64,000 nucleotides of DNA, taken from Deltaproteobacteria bacterium. Its GTDB lineage: Bacteria > Myxococcota_A > UBA796 > JAFGLY01. Under the pieces are notes generated by a model. That model had not been told where the DNA came from. It did not search any database and saw only the letters and a list, made by a program, of their open reading frames with translations. The stretch lies in the NCBI GenBank assembly GCA_016927815.1, contig JAFGLY010000121.1, positions 3,016-67,015 on the forward strand, in the 5' to 3' direction. Both the position numbers and the translations under genes were made by a program. Position 1 is the first letter of the stretch; each line of letters begins with the position of its first letter. Positions 61,284-64,000 of the stretch are shown here, in pieces.

Positions 61284-64000
61284 ATGTTGCCGCTCGAGGC
61301 CGTCCGCGCCGTCGTACCCTCCGAGATGTGGTCCGCCGCCACAGCCCTGGCCCGTCAAGGGTGTGTCCGCGTCGTGGCGAATCGGGACGGGGAGATCTCG
61401 GCCCAGGTTCGGGTCCCGGGTCGCCCCCTCCCCCAGGAGGTTCACCTGTGGGAGGACGACTGGGATTGCGACTGCGAACACGCCGGTCCCGCCTGTGTCC
61501 ACGTCGCCGCCGCTGTCATCGCCCTTGGCCAGGCCTCCAGGGCCCCTCTGGGCCCCCATGTGCGCCATGCCTTGAGACGCGCCTCCAAGGGGATCGTGCT
61601 GGAGCGACGGCTCGTCACACCCCTCCAGGCCGGCGCCCCCGAGACCGTCACGCCGCTCAGGGGATCCCTCGCGGCTGCCGGCGCCTGGGCCACCTCGGGG
61701 GACCTGGCCGTCGAGGCCGCCTTGCTGGACGCCCCGGACTCGATCCCCAGGGAGGCCTGGCCCCGGGTGCTGGCCGGACTCGCCGAGGCACCCGACGTGA
61801 CGCTCGACGGCGTTCCGGTCCAGGTCTCACGCGAGCCGATCTGGGGGGTGGTCCGCGTGGAGCCCGACGGAGACGGCTTGAGGGTGCGGTTGGTGCGGGA
61901 TCCGCGCATCGAGGAGGTCCTCGGAGGCGTGGCGGCGCGGCACGGCACCACGCTCCACCCCCTGGTCCCGCCCGACCTGAAACCCGGAGCGCGCGATGCG
62001 CTCACCCGTGGGGTCCGCTACGGTCCGGACGAGATCGCCCAGGTCGCCACGGAGGTCCTCCCGGCGTTGGCCGGTCGGGTGCCCCTGGACATCCGGGCCC
62101 CCGTTCCCGAGGTGGTGCACGTGACGCCCGTGCTCCACCTCGTCTTTGAGCCTGGAGAGGACGACGGCCTCGATGTCCTTCCCTCGGTGGTCTACGGGGA
62201 CCCGCCCGTGGCTCGCGTGGTGGACGACCGGCTCGTGCTCCTCGGGTCCCAGGTTCCCGAGCGGGATCGTTCGGCCGAGGCCCACCTGGCCGCCACCTGT
62301 GGGGGTCTCCTCGGCGTCGCACCGGGACGGAGCGTCCACCTGCCCGTGGAGGACGCGGTCCGGTTCGTCTCGACCCGCCTGCCCGGGTTTCGGGGCCTCG
62401 TGGAGGGCCGCGAGCTGGCCAGCCGTTGGCGCCGGGTGTCCACCGCGATCACGCCCCGCGTCACCCTTCGGGCGGAGGCGGATGGGGGCTGCCGGGTCGA
62501 GGTCGAAGCCGGAGGTGCAGATCCCGAGGCCCTCGTGGAGGCCTGGCTCCTGGGACGCTCGCTCGTCCCAATCGAGGGAGGGGGGTTCGCGCCCCTCCCA
62601 GAGACCTGGCTCGACCTGCACGGCTGGCGCCTCGCCGATCTCCTCGCGGCCCGCGACGACACGGGTCGGATTCCGCCCCACGCCGTGCCCTCGGCCTCCA
62701 CCCTCGCTCGAGAGACGGGCGCCGAGGTCCCGTCCTTTCTGGACCCCTTGAGATCGCTCGCCGAGGACTTTCAGGGCCTGCAGGCCGTGGACCCGCCCGC
62801 GGGCCTGGTCGGCGTGCTCCGGCCCTACCAGCGGCGGGGGCTCGACTGGCTCGTCTTCCTGCGAGATGCCGGCCTGGGCGGCGTCCTGGCCGACGACATG
62901 GGGTTGGGCAAGACGCTCCAGGCGCTGGCGGCCATGGCGATGACGCCGGGTCCCCACCTGGTGGTGGCGCCGACCAGCGTCCTGACGGGGTGGATCCGAG
63001 AGGCAAGGCGGTTCGTTCCCAACCTTGGAACCTGCCTCTTCCACGGACCGGATCGGCACATCGATCCGTTGGCCGATCTCGTGGTCACCTCCTACGCTCT
63101 GCTCCGGAGGGACGAAGACCTCCTGTCGTCCGTCCCCTGGGCGTGGGTGGTGCTCGACGAGGCCCAGGCCATCAAGAACCCCGACAGCCAGGCGGCCGCT
63201 GCCGCGCGCCGGCTCCCGGCCCGCCACCGCCTCGCGCTCACCGGTACGCCCATCGAGAACCGGCTCGAGGAGCTGTGGAGCCTGTTCGCGTTCGTGCTGC
63301 CGGGATTCCTGGGGAGCCGACGGGCCTTCCGGACGCGCCTGGTGGCCTCGGTCGAGGCGGGACGCAGCGACGCGCTCGCCTGGCTGCGCAGCCGCGTGCG
63401 GCCCTTCCTCCTGCGCCGTCTCAAGTCCGACGTGGCTCCCGAGCTCCCGCCCCGCACCGAGATGGTGATCGCCTGCGAGATGGAAGAAGAACAACGAACC
63501 TTCTACGAGGCGATTCGATCCGTCGCGCGCACCGGTGTCCGGGCCGCTCTCGACGCCGGCCGCCCACCCGGCGTGCTGGAGGCCCTGCTGCGGCTGCGCC
63601 AGGCTGCCTGTCACCCGGCCCTGGTGCCCGGGGGGCCTCCAGGGCCCGCTGCCAAGGTGGAGGAGCTGGTCACCCGCCTGGTCACGCTGTCGGCCGAGGC
63701 CCACCGTGCGCTGGTCTTCTCGCAGTGGACATCGCTCTTGGACCTCGTCGAGCCGGCCCTTTGCGAGGCGGGTCTCGCCTGGCTCAGGATCGATGGCGCC
63801 ACGCGGGACCGCCAGGCGGTGGTGGACGCGTTCCAGTCGCCCGACGGGCCGCCGGTGCTCCTGCTCTCCTTGAGAGCCGGGGGCACCGGCCTGAACCTCA
63901 CCGCCGCGGACTGGGTATTCCACCTCGATCCGTGGTGGAACCCCGCCGTCGAGGCCCAGGCCATCGACCGAACCCACCGCATCGGCCAGACCCGGCCGGT
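61284..64000 (+). CDS. SWIM zinc-finger SNF2-family helicase (partial, continues beyond window)
   Basis: This open frame is absent from the ORF track because there is no stop in the window. ATG at 61284. SWIM motif WDCDCEHAGPACVHV. SNF2 motifs LRPYQRRGLDWL, LADDMGLGKT, VLDEAQAIKN, LTGTPIENRLEELW and, near the edge, GGTGLNLTAADWVFHLDPWWNP. Confidence 0.85.
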   Translation, partial: MLPLEAVRAVVPSEMWSAATALARQGCVRVVANRDGEISAQVRVPGRPLPQEVHLWEDDWDCDCEHAGPACVHVAAAVIALGQASRAPLGPHVRHALRRASKGIVLERRLVTPLQAGAPETVTPLRGSLAAAGAWATSGDLAVEAALLDAPDSIPREAWPRVLAGLAEAPDVTLDGVPVQVSREPIWGVVRVEPDGDGLRVRLVRDPRIEEVLGGVAARHGTTLHPLVPPDLKPGARDALTRGVRYGPDEIAQVATEVLPALAGRVPLDIRAPVPEVVHVTPVLHLVFEPGEDDGLDVLPSVVYGDPPVARVVDDRLVLLGSQVPERDRSAEAHLAATCGGLLGVAPGRSVHLPVEDAVRFVSTRLPGFRGLVEGRELASRWRRVSTAITPRVTLRAEADGGCRVEVEAGGADPEALVEAWLLGRSLVPIEGGGFAPLPETWLDLHGWRLADLLAARDDTGRIPPHAVPSASTLARETGAEVPSFLDPLRSLAEDFQGLQAVDPPAGLVGVLRPYQRRGLDWLVFLRDAGLGGVLADDMGLGKTLQALAAMAMTPGPHLVVAPTSVLTGWIREARRFVPNLGTCLFHGPDRHIDPLADLVVTSYALLRRDEDLLSSVPWAWVVLDEAQAIKNPDSQAAAAARRLPARHRLALTGTPIENRLEELWSLFAFVLPGFLGSRRAFRTRLVASVEAGRSDALAWLRSRVRPFLLRRLKSDVAPELPPRTEMVIACEMEEEQRTFYEAIRSVARTGVRAALDAGRPPGVLEALLRLRQAACHPALVPGGPPGPAAKVEELVTRLVTLSAEAHRALVFSQWTSLLDLVEPALCEAGLAWLRIDGATRDRQAVVDAFQSPDGPPVLLLSLRAGGTGLNLTAADWVFHLDPWWNPAVEAQAIDRTHRIGQTRP

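Overview
The window is a very GC-rich bacterial chromosomal segment (about 70% GC by eye, not computed). It is densely coding on both strands. I support about 54 protein genes, two decayed gene fragments, two coding tandem-repeat arrays and several regulatory sites. I recognised no rRNA, tRNA, CRISPR array, transposase or integrase. The protein architectures suggest a Myxococcota-like organism, but this is inference only. They include two NtrC-type sigma54 activators, a PBP1A with an MJ0042-type zinc ribbon, a TonB_C/AgmX-like lipoprotein, a eukaryote-type hexokinase, and many lipoproteins.

Gene content from left to right:
- 12-8904: two B12-radical-SAM enzymes, a membrane beta-propeller protein, a PP-loop sugar amidotransferase, a large polytopic membrane protein and an exported flavoprotein.
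- 8948-12203: a sigma54-driven operon encoding a small secreted Ca-loop repeat protein, a sensor kinase and an NtrC-type regulator.
- 12124-18936: a BAHD-type acyltransferase, a class-3 ALDH, a CrtI/CrtN-family oxidoreductase and an aminotransferase.
- 18940-25049: a membrane SGNH hydrolase and two more paralogues of the polytopic membrane protein.
- 25000-48166: mostly housekeeping and envelope genes. These are malic enzyme, hexokinase, an HDAC-like fusion, an M18 aminopeptidase, flavin reductase, PBP1A, acs, an MFS transporter, a phosphoesterase, a TldD/PmbA protein and an LEA_2 lipoprotein.
- 48226-50191: an orphan operon of two phage gpV/gp5-type spike paralogues plus an HTH/SspB-like protein.
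- 50321-56164: a divergent operon of TetR, a LolCDE-like ABC system, a LolA-like protein and a beta-barrel protein.
- 56239-64000: a 12 x 27-aa YD/Ca-loop repeat lipoprotein, a convergent sensor kinase/NtrC pair, an Fnr-like regulator, a decayed four-helix-bundle gene, and a SWIM-SNF2 helicase that runs off the right edge.

The most interesting candidates are:
- the orphan spike operon and its shared control region with the TetR/ABC operon;
- the rSAM, amidotransferase and polytopic-protein locus;
- the sigma54 promoter and upstream inverted repeat in front of the secreted repeat protein and two-component operon;
- two differently decayed copies of a four-helix-bundle gene that share a conserved hairpin and CTACAG tail.

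All functional calls come from motif recognition by eye. No database search was run.
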